A DNA stretch of 64,000 nt from an uncultured virus (IMG/VR IMGVR_UViG_3300025900_000203) (taxonomy: Duplodnaviria; Heunggongvirae; Uroviricota; Caudoviricetes): the IMG/VR virus record IMGVR_UViG_3300025900_000203; one strand, given 5' to 3'. Every line of letters starts with the position of its first letter. The stretch's first letter is position 1. Of this stretch, positions 1 through 9,591 are shown in pieces. Made by a program: the position numbers and the translations under genes. The notes under the pieces are model-generated. The model searched no databases and had not been told where the DNA came from. It saw only the letters and a list, made by a program, of their open reading frames with translations.

Positions 1-191
1 ATGGACGTTGTCTGCGAAGCGTGCACTGCCGGGCTACCGCTGGTCTGGTGCAATCAGCAGGGCAAGCGGATGCACCTGCGAGGGCTCGATACGATCATGT
101 GTGAGCGTATCGAGGCTCGAGATCGTGAGCATCGTGAACGTGCGAATGCGATCGCAAACGATCGCAGCAATGCAAATTTTCGAGGTCGCTG

Positions 192-989
192 ATGAAGCCA
201 AAGACGAAGTCTCCTGCGGGCTCTGGCGCTTTGCACAGCGCGAACTCCCCGAATTGGGGAACGCCACCCATCCTTCGGCGGTTCTCCGCACACGTGCTCG
301 CGCCTGCGGCGATGGGACGATCGATCGATCTCGACTACGCCAGCTCCGCGTATTGGCAGAAGTGGTGGGAAGACGCGGATCGGCCGCATAACTTCTTAGA
401 CGGATCCAAAGGGCGCGACGTGCTCAAGGAAGCGGATCGCCGTGCTGTGGGTCGTCTTGGCTCGGGATTCATGAATCCGCCAGGTCTCGGTGGCGGCGGC
501 ATGGTCCAGCAATGCTGGGAGATCTTCGAGACGGACCATCGCGAAGCGAAGCTTGGCTCTGGCGTCTATCAAGGGTTCTCCGTCGAGCAGTTTGGTAGCT
601 TGCAGAACGTTGGCGAGCGCAATCCGCTGACGACATCGCCGGACGACCTCATCACGACGATTGTGCCGAGCCGTCGCACGCACTACGTCGTACCGCCAGA
701 TGATCTCGTTGCGATCGTTCGGCGCAAGCTGAAGAAGCGCGAACGTGGATCCAAGCAGTGGAAGGCGGAGAAGGCGCTGATCAAGAAATTATTGGAGCGG
801 AAGGAAGACACTCCGGTCGATGCCGGGGCTCCAAGCCATCTTTCGTTCACCACGATCCTGTGGCACCGCGATCGGGCCGTGCGCCGTACGCAGATGAAGC
901 TGTGCCGCCAATTCTTGGAAGAGCAGAATCAGAACCCGAAGGCGCTGCTCTACAAGTTCGAAGCGATCGGACCTCTGGAGCTCACATGA
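192..989 (+). CDS. Phage DNA N6-adenine methyltransferase-like protein (divergent)
   Basis: Motif order W-G-T-P ... IDLDYASS ... FMNPPG resembles phage Dam-type (W.TP / DLDPA / NPP) amino-methyltransferases. Confidence 0.55.
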   Translation: MKPKTKSPAGSGALHSANSPNWGTPPILRRFSAHVLAPAAMGRSIDLDYASSAYWQKWWEDADRPHNFLDGSKGRDVLKEADRRAVGRLGSGFMNPPGLGGGGMVQQCWEIFETDHREAKLGSGVYQGFSVEQFGSLQNVGERNPLTTSPDDLITTIVPSRRTHYVVPPDDLVAIVRRKLKKRERGSKQWKAEKALIKKLLERKEDTPVDAGAPSHLSFTTILWHRDRAVRRTQMKLCRQFLEEQNQNPKALLYKFEAIGPLELT

Positions 990-1408
990 CTCCGGTGCAG
1001 CGAGCGAAGCTCCGCAACGTGGCTCTTTCGGCAGCGGACGCTGTCCGCAAGTATCGTCGAGAGGCGATGCCGGTCTTCATCCGGCGGGCAGGTTCCGAGA
1101 TCTGCGGAGGGTGCGGAAAGCACATCCGTGATCACTACGGTGGGACGGAGTACCGCTGCTCATCGAGGCCTCTCGATCTCGACATCGGAGATTGGGAGCT
1201 TCAAACGTCGAACTCGTTCCGGCGTCTTGGCACAAAGCGCGGGGATGGCGATGTCCTCTGTGCAGTGACACATCCGAGCGATGGGCATCCCGATCTCCTG
1301 GCTCACCCTGAAGTGCTCGACTACATCGTGGCGACGCAGCCGCGTGTGGTGCTCATGTTTCTTGACGCGTTGGATCAACTTGAAAGCGAGCTGGCACAAA
1401 AGCTATGA
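986..1408 (+). CDS. Ead/Ea22-like phage protein, paralog 1 (N-terminal Cys/His motif)
   Basis: ATGA-coupled start at 986; C-terminal YIVATQPRVVLMFLDALDQLE resembles Ead/Ea22 (IAAANP..VLALLDE). Confidence 0.5.
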   Translation: MTPVQRAKLRNVALSAADAVRKYRREAMPVFIRRAGSEICGGCGKHIRDHYGGTEYRCSSRPLDLDIGDWELQTSNSFRRLGTKRGDGDVLCAVTHPSDGHPDLLAHPEVLDYIVATQPRVVLMFLDALDQLESELAQKL

Positions 1409-1776
1409 GGTTGACCAAGAAAGATCGCCAGGAACTTCGCCGGATCGCGCTCGTGGCGTTAAAAACGTCACTGGGACGGTTTTACGGGTTGGATGCCCCG
1501 CAGGAATGGGAGCTTCAAACCTCGAACTCGTTCCGGCGCATCGGTAACCGCGGCTTTGGAGATGGCGATGTGCTCAGTGGAGTGAGCCATCCAGTGGACG
1601 GCCATCCCGATCTTCGAGCTGCTCCAGGCGTGCTCGATTACATCATCGCCGCGCAGCCAAGCGTTGTTCTTGAGTTGCTCGACGAGCTTGATGACCTTCG
1701 CGATTGTGAAGAATGTGGACAGCTCTTCCGCAACAACAACGCGTACCAGCTCCATCACTGCAAAGGGACCCTGTGA
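1405..1776 (+). CDS. Ead/Ea22-like phage protein, paralog 2 (C-terminal zinc-finger-like motif)
   Basis: Shares WELQTSNSFRR.G...GDGDVL..V.HP.DGHPDL...VLDYI.A.QP with the upstream gene; CEEC...HHC tail. Confidence 0.55.
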   Translation: MRLTKKDRQELRRIALVALKTSLGRFYGLDAPQEWELQTSNSFRRIGNRGFGDGDVLSGVSHPVDGHPDLRAAPGVLDYIIAAQPSVVLELLDELDDLRDCEECGQLFRNNNAYQLHHCKGTL

Positions 1777-2366
1777 AGAAAATCCCCTCCTTGTTCTCTC
1801 GGGACGTCTCCGATCCCAGCATCTTGACGCGTGTGCCGCACCCATTTTCGGCATGGGTCTTCGCGGGAGAAGGGGTGGCTACACGCAAGTATGACGGTAC
1901 CGCCGTGCGCTGGGCGGACGGCAAGCTCTGGGCGCGCTACGACGCCAAGCGTGGCAAGCCGCTGCCACCGGAGTTCGTACCGTGTCAGGATCCCGATCCG
2001 ATCACCGGCCACCATCCCGGTTGGGTGCCGGCGACACGGCCCGAGGACAAGTGGATCCGGGAAGCCGCGTCCTATGGGACGCGTTTTGATGACAAATTCA
2101 TCCCGGTGTCGGATGGAACCTACGAAGCGTGCGGGCCGCGGATCGGTGGGAATCCTGAAGGCTTCCCATCGCATGTGCTCGTCAAGCACGGGATCGACGT
2201 GCTCGTCGACGCTCCTCGCGACTGGGATGGTCTCGTCGGCTACTTCACCACCTTCAACATCGAGGGCATCGTCTGGTGGCGTGATCTAAACGACGTTGAT
2301 TGCGACAAGGTCAAGATCACGGGGGCGGCGCTCGGGATCCGCCGTCGCGGAGCCAGCAAGTCGTGA
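1773..2366 (+). CDS. RNA ligase-like nucleotidyltransferase (DUF5565-like)
   Basis: KKIPSLF start, ATRKYDGT (KxDG motif I), TYEACGPRIGGNP, IEGIVW, KVK. Confidence 0.6.
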   Translation: MKKIPSLFSRDVSDPSILTRVPHPFSAWVFAGEGVATRKYDGTAVRWADGKLWARYDAKRGKPLPPEFVPCQDPDPITGHHPGWVPATRPEDKWIREAASYGTRFDDKFIPVSDGTYEACGPRIGGNPEGFPSHVLVKHGIDVLVDAPRDWDGLVGYFTTFNIEGIVWWRDLNDVDCDKVKITGAALGIRRRGASKS

Positions 2367-2596
2367 GGCAGCGTGTCGTCTACGTTGCGGGCCGCGGTGT
2401 GGCCGTGACGCTCACGGCGTTCGAAGAGCGTCGGGCGAGCGTGGAGGCAGGCCGTCGTGGGATCTCGATCGAGGCTCTGATCGCCAACGCGATCCAACTC
2501 AGTCTCCCTGAGAAAGGAACCATCACTTCGGAGATGTTCGCTACCGCTGTCCGTCAAGCTCTCGACTCCGCGCCTTTCAAGGACACCGCGAAGTGA
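2363..2596 (+). CDS. Hypothetical protein
   Basis: GTGA-coupled at both ends within the operon. Confidence 0.45.
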   Translation: MRQRVVYVAGRGVAVTLTAFEERRASVEAGRRGISIEALIANAIQLSLPEKGTITSEMFATAVRQALDSAPFKDTAK

Positions 2597-4362
2597 AGTT
2601 CCGCGAAGTGAAGTTCCGCATCGCTGATGATCTCGTGCTCGATGCCGATCTCGTCGTTGCGACCGACGGCATCTTCGCGACAAAGGGCATGGGCAAGTCC
2701 CACCTTGCCCAGGTCATGGCCGAGGAGATGCTCGCGAATGGGCAAGTGATCGTCGCGATCGATCCGACCGATGCCTGGTGGGGACTCCGCTCAAGCGCAG
2801 ACGGTCGGAACGATGGCTACCCGGTCGTCGTAATCGGTGGCGATCACGGTGATCTGAAACTCGAGCCAGCCGCCGCGGTCCAGCTCGCGGAGGCCGTCGT
2901 CGATGAGCGCTTCTCCTGTGTGATCTGCACCGACGGGATGTCGGACATGGCGGAGACGAAGTTCGTCCGCGAGTTCCTCGACACCATCTATCGCAAGAAC
3001 CGCGTCCCGATCCACCTCTTCATCGACGAGGCCGATGTGTTCGCCCCGCAGAAGCCGTTCGACGTCGAAGACGCACGCTGCATCCGCGCGATGTCGCACA
3101 TCGTCCGTCGCGGCCGCAAGAAGGGCATCGGATCAACGCTCATCACGCAACGCCCCGCCGAGCTGAGCGCGAGCGTGCGCACGATGGTCGAGATGCTGTT
3201 CGTGCTCGGTATGTCGCACAACCTCGACATTGATGCTGTCGAGAAGTGGATGCGGCTGCGGAAGAAGAAGAGCGGCAACAACTCCGCCTTCGTGCTCCAG
3301 GAGGAGATGATCGCGTCGCTCGATTCACTCCAGCGTGGTGATGCTTGGGTGTGGAGCCCGCGGCTCGGGATCCATCAACGCTTCCGCGCCCGGGCGAAGC
3401 GTACGTTCGACTCTGGTGCCACGCCCCGTCCGGGCCAGAAGGTCAAGGCGCCGAAGAAGCTCGCGGCGGTTGATCTTCAGCGGCTCGGTGCCGCGATGGC
3501 AGCGGCAGTGCAACGGCAGAAGGACGATGATCCGACGGAGTTACGGAAGCAGCTCGCCGCACTTCGTCAAGAGATTGCCTTGAAGAGCAAGATCGTCCAT
3601 GAGTTGCCGCCGCGCATCGACGCTCAGCAGATCCAGCGTATCGAGAGGCTCACGACGCGACTCACGGATCGTTTCGCAAAGGCGGCTGAATATCTCGACA
3701 AGACACGCGACCGCATTGCTCAGGATCTACAGACGATTGCCTCGGAGATCGTTGACCTTCGCCGTGAGATTCGTGGGCAGTCGGATAGTGTGACCGTGGC
3801 GTCTCCGAATGTCGTCGTCCCGTCTCACCCAGCCGTTATTGTGGCTCCACAGCCGCCAGAGGATCTTAAGCCCGCGCACCTGCGTCTTCTGTCCGCGATC
3901 GCGTGGTGGGAGAGCGTGGGCGTCATCCCGGTGGATCTCGCTGGCGTCGCCTTCCTCGCGAAAACGTCGACAAAGTCGTCGGCGTTCGACAACAATCGTT
4001 CGTACCTCAAGGCGCGAGACTACATTCAGTACCCGTTAGCTGGACAGGTTTGTCTGACTCTCAAGGGACGTGTCGTTGCTCCCCCTCCACAAACGCCGCC
4101 CACGAACGAAGCCCTACACGGCACGATCTTTTCTGTACTGACACCTGCCGTGGGTCGGATGCTTCGTGTGCTTATCGACGCGTATCCGTTGGAGGTCGCG
4201 CTCCCCGATCTTGCACGTCTCGCAGGTACGAGCGCCACGTCGAGTGCCTTCGACAACAATCGTGCATGGTTGCATGCTCGTAATCTCACCCGCTATCCCC
4301 GTGCAGGCTTCGCTTGTGCGGCGAGTCTTTTGTTCCCGAAACCTCTACAACGAAAAGGATGA
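2593..4362 (+). CDS. HerA/FtsK-family (DUF87-like) ATPase with coiled coil and two C-terminal winged-helix-like repeats
   Basis: Walker A ATKGMGKS, AIDPT, Walker B LFIDEAD, RRGRKKGIG, ITQRPA; duplicated SSAFDNNR..L.AR....YP at the C-terminus. Confidence 0.8.
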   Translation: MKFREVKFRIADDLVLDADLVVATDGIFATKGMGKSHLAQVMAEEMLANGQVIVAIDPTDAWWGLRSSADGRNDGYPVVVIGGDHGDLKLEPAAAVQLAEAVVDERFSCVICTDGMSDMAETKFVREFLDTIYRKNRVPIHLFIDEADVFAPQKPFDVEDARCIRAMSHIVRRGRKKGIGSTLITQRPAELSASVRTMVEMLFVLGMSHNLDIDAVEKWMRLRKKKSGNNSAFVLQEEMIASLDSLQRGDAWVWSPRLGIHQRFRARAKRTFDSGATPRPGQKVKAPKKLAAVDLQRLGAAMAAAVQRQKDDDPTELRKQLAALRQEIALKSKIVHELPPRIDAQQIQRIERLTTRLTDRFAKAAEYLDKTRDRIAQDLQTIASEIVDLRREIRGQSDSVTVASPNVVVPSHPAVIVAPQPPEDLKPAHLRLLSAIAWWESVGVIPVDLAGVAFLAKTSTKSSAFDNNRSYLKARDYIQYPLAGQVCLTLKGRVVAPPPQTPPTNEALHGTIFSVLTPAVGRMLRVLIDAYPLEVALPDLARLAGTSATSSAFDNNRAWLHARNLTRYPRAGFACAASLLFPKPLQRKG

Positions 4363-4541
4363 TCATGACTGCGACTGGGACGACAACGAACAATGACACC
4401 CATGGTACCAACGGCAGCCCGCAGCCCAAGGCCCCACCGACCGCACTTGAGGCCATCACGAGGATCGCCAAGATCCTCAAGCCTCTCTCGCCTGCGGATC
4501 GCAAGCGCGTGCTCGCGTTCCTCGACGAGAGTGCCGAATGA
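4359..4541 (+). CDS. Small hypothetical protein
   Basis: ATGA-coupled; amphipathic KILKPLSPADRKRVLAFL. Confidence 0.5.
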   Translation: MIMTATGTTTNNDTHGTNGSPQPKAPPTALEAITRIAKILKPLSPADRKRVLAFLDESAE

Positions 4542-4729
4542 AGATCCTCAGCCTCGAAGTGAACACGGACCTCGGTCGTCGCGTCATTCAACTTGGCGCT
4601 CCGATCGACGTCGATCCGCAAGGTGAGATGTCGCCGATCTTCCGTGGGCTCACAGAGCTCGCCTGGAAGGTGATCTGCGAGGTTGCTGCGGATCCGCAAG
4701 CGTACAGCCCTCCGAAGACGGAAGCGTAG
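4538..4729 (+). CDS. Hypothetical protein
   Basis: ATGA-coupled ORF in the operon. Confidence 0.5.
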   Translation: MKILSLEVNTDLGRRVIQLGAPIDVDPQGEMSPIFRGLTELAWKVICEVAADPQAYSPPKTEA

Positions 4730-4731
4730 TC

Positions 4732-5190
4732 GTGACGAACGCGGACAAGCTTCTGGAGACAATCGAGATCGCGAAGCACTGGCTCCGGGGTGGTAATCCA
4801 CGTGCCGCAGCCTCGCAGTTCGCGCAGCGCTTCGCAGAAGCACTTGTGCAGCTCGCGGAAGCTTGTCCGACTGGATTTCCTTGCGCAAAGCACGGCGGTG
4901 CTGTGCATGGCCAAGAAGCTGAAGAGCTTCGGTCCGGTATCGAGCAGATCGTTGGTAACATCGCAGACGTGAAACGATCGGACGCAGTGGCCACGCTTGC
5001 CTCGACGCGAAAGTCGCTGCAGTTTCTGACCGATCGGATCGATGCCAGAGATAGTCTTGTCTACCTGGACAAGCTAGAGGCTTCCAACGTGCTCCTCACC
5101 GTTGTACTCAATGCAGACATCCATGCTTTGCCTGCGGAAGTGCAAGCGGCACGGCGAACGTATCAGCTTCCGGCGGCTGGAATCGAATGA
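4732..5190 (+). CDS. Hypothetical protein
   Basis: Contiguous ORF; stop overlaps next start. Confidence 0.5.
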   Translation: MTNADKLLETIEIAKHWLRGGNPRAAASQFAQRFAEALVQLAEACPTGFPCAKHGGAVHGQEAEELRSGIEQIVGNIADVKRSDAVATLASTRKSLQFLTDRIDARDSLVYLDKLEASNVLLTVVLNADIHALPAEVQAARRTYQLPAAGIE

Positions 5191-5777
5191 AGGTCGTCTT
5201 CCTCGATATTGATGGTGTGCTCAACAGCGAGCACTTCATGCTTACATTGGAGGAGCAGCATGAGCAACGCTGCCATCCAGAACCCCCTCGTCCCAAGCGT
5301 GCGACGACCTGCACGTGCTTCCAGCTGGATCGTCAGATCGATCCAGCCGCGCTCGCCCGCCTAAACGTGCTGGTTTCTGAGACAGGATCTCAGGTCGTTG
5401 TCTCCAGCTCGTGGCGGACGATCTTTGATCTTCCGACACTCCAACGCATTCTTGATGGCCACGGCCTACGCTTCCAACTCTTGGACGTGACGCCAGATGG
5501 TCCAAACGACCCGCGCATGCGCGTGCTCTTCCCAGAGACCGACATGATCTCTCGCGGCCAAGAGATCGACTTCTGGCTCCGGGATCATCCCGAGGTCGAA
5601 TGCTTCGTGATTCTCGATGATAGCGGGGACATGGCAATGCATAAACCGCGGCTCGTGCAGACGGATTTTCATGAAGGTCTTCTCGACGAGCATGTCGCTC
5701 TTGCGACGTTGATGCTCACGCGAGGCTGTGATCTCGTCGCTGCAGCCACGCTCCTTTCGCAGGAAGATGCGTCTTGA
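5187..5777 (+). CDS. HAD-family phosphatase (Swiss Army Knife RNA-repair-like HAD)
   Basis: FLDIDGVLN, VVSSSWR, RGQEI..WL, FVILDD motifs. Confidence 0.8.
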   Translation: MKVVFLDIDGVLNSEHFMLTLEEQHEQRCHPEPPRPKRATTCTCFQLDRQIDPAALARLNVLVSETGSQVVVSSSWRTIFDLPTLQRILDGHGLRFQLLDVTPDGPNDPRMRVLFPETDMISRGQEIDFWLRDHPEVECFVILDDSGDMAMHKPRLVQTDFHEGLLDEHVALATLMLTRGCDLVAAATLLSQEDAS

Positions 5778-5998
5778 GCGCTACGACGCACGAACAGGCG
5801 CTCTTCGCAGCCCAGGCTTTCGCAGCCCGTCTTGCGCGCGAGATGGGGATCACCATGTCGCCAGCTGTCAAGGATCAGGTGCTGTTCGCGTACGAGATGG
5901 GGTATCTGCGCGGCTGTAGTGACACACTGCAGACCACCACCAAGATGTTCGAGACGACTACCAAGGAAGGAAAGGACAACGATGGCAAATCCAGCTGA
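5774..5998 (+). CDS. Hypothetical protein
   Basis: Overlap-coupled ORF. Confidence 0.45.
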   Translation: MSATTHEQALFAAQAFAARLAREMGITMSPAVKDQVLFAYEMGYLRGCSDTLQTTTKMFETTTKEGKDNDGKSS

Positions 5999-6227
5999 TC
6001 CTACGCAAATGTTGACCCCTGAGGCACTCGCGAACCAACTCTTCGACGCGGCACTCGGGCAGTACAGCGGAGATCCACGCGAGGGCGCCCGCCAGGTGAT
6101 CGTGTTCTTGACGGAAGCGATCGTCTACGCTGCGGCCTCGACGGCGAGCGACGAGAACGCACGCAAGGCGCTGCTCAAGAGCATCGGAGATACGATCGCA
6201 ACCGCCCCGCCACTCAAGTCGAAGTGA
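5982..6227 (+). CDS. Hypothetical protein
   Basis: Strong RBS (AAGGA) before ATG 5982; GTGA overlap with the helicase gene. Confidence 0.55.
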   Translation: MANPADPTQMLTPEALANQLFDAALGQYSGDPREGARQVIVFLTEAIVYAAASTASDENARKALLKSIGDTIATAPPLKSK

Positions 6228-7855
6228 CGGATCCAGTCAATCCGCCAGCGCTGTTCACGCACCAACGAGAGTTGTTGGACAGCACGTGGGAGATGCCCGC
6301 TTACGCGGTCTTCTATCAAACAGGCTGTGGAAAAACGGCTCCGACGATTCACACAGTGTCACAGCTGTTCGCGGATCGTCGTATCGATGGAGCTATCGTC
6401 GTCGCTCCGAACATGGTGCATCGGAATTGGATCTCGGATGAGATCCCGATGCATTCTCCGATCGCATGGCAAGGGCTCGACTGGCATGCCTCGCGCGGCA
6501 AAGCTCAAGATCGTGCGGTTGCTCAACTTCTTACGACACCTCGCGGTGCCGATCTTCCGTGGCTCTCGATCACCTACGATGGGCTCCTCACGCCACGTGG
6601 CCGGCAAGTCGTCATCGACTTCATGCAGAAGTTCCCGCGCATCTTCTTCGTGGTTGATGAATCGATCCGCGTGAAGAATCCAGAGGCAAAGCGGACGAAG
6701 AAAGTGGCGGCTCTTCGCAAGCTGTCGAGATACGTCCGGCTTCTGAATGGGACGCCGACCGAGCGGCCACTCGATCTGTATGCGCAGATGAAGATCCTGG
6801 ACGATCAGTTCTGGATCCGTCACGGGATCGGATCGTGGACCGCGTTCAAAGCCCGTTTCTGCATCATGCGGAAACTTGTGATCGGTGGGGATGACGATCG
6901 CGAGGGCCGCGAGCGGCCTACGTGGGGACCCATTACGCCGCACGACGCCTCGCCGGAGGGGATCGCGGCGTACGAGCAACTCGATCTTTCCGAGGTGATC
7001 ACGCCGAAGTTCGAGTCCAAGGTATCGAAGGCGGTGCTCGCGGAAGCCAAGGCCGTGACGGGTAGAACCATCGATATTGTTGCCGGCTATCGCGAGCTCG
7101 ACACACTTCACGCGATGATCCAGCCACTCTCGAAGCGACTTACGAAGGAGCAGGCCGGTCTCAATCTTCCGCCGAAGCTCTACCAGAAGCTCGTGTTCGA
7201 GATGTCGGCCGAGCAGCGCAGCGTCTACGAGCGACTTCGTAAGGAGTACATGGTGGAGCTGGATGGTGGGATGCTCATCACCGCACCCATGGCGATGGTT
7301 CGGATCTTACGACTCCAGCAAGTGGCGTGTGGGTATCTGCCCAACCCAGATGATCCGGAAGCCGACCCGATCCTCGTACCTCGGGGTGAGAACCCTCGAC
7401 TCGCGGCCTTTCTCGACTGGCTCGAGGATATCGACGGCCAGCAACTGATCGTGTGGTGCCGCTTCACGCACGACGTGGACATCATCTGCCGCGAGCTGGG
7501 ACCGGCACGTTGTGTCCGTTTCGACGGCAAGGTAGGGGAACGCGAGCGAGCGATCGCTCTCGATCTTTTCCGGTCGGGCAAGCGTCAAGCCTGCGTGGCG
7601 AAAGCCTCCTCGATGGGGATGGGGCTCACCCTCGTCAACAGCTCACTCTCGTTCTACTACTCGAACAATTTCTCGATGATCGAGCGACTCCAGAGTGAAG
7701 ATCGACAGCATCGGCCTGGGCAGCACAACCCGGTGACATACGTCGATCTCGTCGCTGATCGCACGGTCGACGGCAAGATCTTGAAAGGTCTCAAGGCGAA
7801 GAAGGAAATCGCAGACCAAGTCATCGGCGATGAGTATCGACAGTGGCTAGCCTGA
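6224..7855 (+). CDS. SNF2-like DEAD/H superfamily 2 helicase
   Basis: Q motif LFTHQ, QTGCGKT, VVDES, LLNGTP, LRLQQ, GMGLTL, QSEDRQHRPGQ. Confidence 0.9.
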   Translation: MTDPVNPPALFTHQRELLDSTWEMPAYAVFYQTGCGKTAPTIHTVSQLFADRRIDGAIVVAPNMVHRNWISDEIPMHSPIAWQGLDWHASRGKAQDRAVAQLLTTPRGADLPWLSITYDGLLTPRGRQVVIDFMQKFPRIFFVVDESIRVKNPEAKRTKKVAALRKLSRYVRLLNGTPTERPLDLYAQMKILDDQFWIRHGIGSWTAFKARFCIMRKLVIGGDDDREGRERPTWGPITPHDASPEGIAAYEQLDLSEVITPKFESKVSKAVLAEAKAVTGRTIDIVAGYRELDTLHAMIQPLSKRLTKEQAGLNLPPKLYQKLVFEMSAEQRSVYERLRKEYMVELDGGMLITAPMAMVRILRLQQVACGYLPNPDDPEADPILVPRGENPRLAAFLDWLEDIDGQQLIVWCRFTHDVDIICRELGPARCVRFDGKVGERERAIALDLFRSGKRQACVAKASSMGMGLTLVNSSLSFYYSNNFSMIERLQSEDRQHRPGQHNPVTYVDLVADRTVDGKILKGLKAKKEIADQVIGDEYRQWLA

Positions 7856-8337
7856 AGCGTCAGCGAAAGGCGGCACGTCGAGCGGCTGTGCAAGCACGGA
7901 TGACGTCCGAAGAGACTCCAGCCCCTCGGCCTCCGACGAATTCGATGGAGGCCCTTCGAGCCCGACTCCGCGCGCAACCTCCGTGTGCGCATTGTGGATT
8001 CGTTCACCAAGGGAACTCGGAAGAGTTCATGATGGATCTCGATCCAGTTGCCGTCGTCATGCTCGATCGTGATGTCGCGACAAACGCTATCGTTGCTGGT
8101 TTATGCGGCCCACGTTTTCGCAAATCTAACAGTCGTCAACTCGCTTGCTACGGTTTCGCAGGGCATCCCGGTAGTTTCGTCGTGTTCCAGTGGGACGCGG
8201 TCCTTCCGCAGTGGGAACAGGTGATCCCCAAACCTCCACCCGTGCCGTTTGCAAAAACGAGTCATGAGTTGCAGCGTGCTGCTCGCCGAGATCTCGTTCA
8301 ACTGCTGGCTCGTCGATCCGTCATAGTGCGTAGGTAG
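7843..8337 (+). CDS. Hypothetical protein
   Basis: ORF in operon with CAHC motif. Confidence 0.45.
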   Translation: MASLKRQRKAARRAAVQARMTSEETPAPRPPTNSMEALRARLRAQPPCAHCGFVHQGNSEEFMMDLDPVAVVMLDRDVATNAIVAGLCGPRFRKSNSRQLACYGFAGHPGSFVVFQWDAVLPQWEQVIPKPPPVPFAKTSHELQRAARRDLVQLLARRSVIVRR

Positions 8338-8346
8338 CCTCTTGGC

Positions 8347-8685
8347 ATGCTGATCGATTTGCTGAAGGAAGAGCCAGCCCATTTTCGCACAGCCCTGCGG
8401 GATGCCTTCCACGCAGCACACTCTTCGGCGACACGCACTGCACGGTGGGATGCTTCGGATCCTGGGGCTCCCCCCGATACGTGCCGTTACTGTGGGAAGC
8501 ATTGGCGCAAATGGGCAGGCAGCAAGCTTGACGGTCACGCAGCGTGCATCGTGCCCGAGGATTTCAAGCAAGAGCTGACCGCGCTGCTGCGCAGCTCGAC
8601 TGTCACGTTTCAAGTCGTGGCGGATGCGATCGGCGTGTCGACATCGATCGTGCGGTCGTGGACTTTTCCGATTCGGAGGTCGTGA
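8347..8685 (+). CDS. Putative zinc-finger/HTH DNA-binding protein
   Basis: CRYC...H..C and C-terminal TFQVVADAIGVSTSIVRSW HTH. Confidence 0.55.
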   Translation: MLIDLLKEEPAHFRTALRDAFHAAHSSATRTARWDASDPGAPPDTCRYCGKHWRKWAGSKLDGHAACIVPEDFKQELTALLRSSTVTFQVVADAIGVSTSIVRSWTFPIRRS

Positions 8686-9068
8686 TGCGAACGTATGCCG
8701 AGCGGGTGTGCTTCCCAGATTTCTATGTGGAGACGCTCTCTCGCACCCAGGGGTACGTTGCACGCGTGGCGGATACGTGGGGCAACGAGCTTCGCTGCCA
8801 TGAGCTTGCACGAGCGGTACAGCGTGTGCTGGATCCGCCGAGACTCATCGTGGTGGATGGCCTTTGTGGGCCTGTCGAACACAGCTGGCTGATCTTTGGC
8901 GATGGCACGATCTTGGATCCGTACGTTCCAGGTCGCCTACCTGCAGTACAGCTCATCGACAAGTTGCTCGGCAGCCATTACACCAGGCACAGCGCGCGCA
9001 GGGACATTCGTGAGACGATCGTCGATCGTCTCGTGCGAGAGATGCTCGAAGGAGGAGAACTAGGATGA
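8685..9068 (+). CDS. Hypothetical protein (possible C-H-D transglutaminase-like fold)
   Basis: RCHELAR...EHSWL...ILDP spacing; RBS GGAGG. Confidence 0.45.
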   Translation: MRTYAERVCFPDFYVETLSRTQGYVARVADTWGNELRCHELARAVQRVLDPPRLIVVDGLCGPVEHSWLIFGDGTILDPYVPGRLPAVQLIDKLLGSHYTRHSARRDIRETIVDRLVREMLEGGELG

Positions 9069-9289
9069 CGCTCAAGATGCTATTCGAAATGTTGAAGCAG
9101 TTCGTCGCCGATCACCCTGATCATGAGGCACTCGATCAGCATGTCGTGGTGCGGGTGCAGACCAACGAAGACAACGGTGACGACCTTCACGTAGGAGGTC
9201 TTCGAAGCGTTACGGTTGACGCGGGATGCACGGATACGTTTTCGTTAGTGCTCGACGCGGACCAAGAACCGGACGAAGCGGATGCGTAG
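9065..9289 (+). CDS. Hypothetical protein
   Basis: RBS GGAGGAG, ATGA coupling. Confidence 0.55.
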   Translation: MTLKMLFEMLKQFVADHPDHEALDQHVVVRVQTNEDNGDDLHVGGLRSVTVDAGCTDTFSLVLDADQEPDEADA

Positions 9290-9530
9290 TCTCATCGTCG
9301 ATGGTGAGAACTTCGGCGTCGTGCACGACAAGAAGACGCGAGGTGGGGCAAGGATCTATCTAACCGAGCAGGCAGAGGGCGCGTGGTGGGTCATTCTGGC
9401 TGGGCCTGATCGAAAGACGCGACACGTTGGATTCTTACGGCCTCCGCAAGAGATGCGGGCTCGCGAGGTGTATGCGGACTTCGATACGCCAGCTGTGTTG
9501 GAAGCCTTCCTCGAAGGTCACGATTCTTAG
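9282..9530 (+). CDS. Hypothetical protein
   Basis: Overlap-coupled ORF. Confidence 0.5.
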   Translation: MRSLIVDGENFGVVHDKKTRGGARIYLTEQAEGAWWVILAGPDRKTRHVGFLRPPQEMRAREVYADFDTPAVLEAFLEGHDS

Positions 9531-9540
9531 GGAGAGATCC

Positions 9541-9585
9541 CGGGATCACTCCCGCTTGACGAAGTGATCCCGCCTTCGCTACACC
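9541..9585 (+). promoter_or_regulatory. Putative sigma70-type promoter with an inverted-repeat operator around the -35
   Basis: CGGGATCACT (9541-9550) and AGTGATCCCG (9563-9572) form a perfect inverted repeat flanking TTGACG (9556-9561); weak -10 TACACC at 9580. Confidence 0.45.
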
Positions 9586-9591
9586 AGCGTC

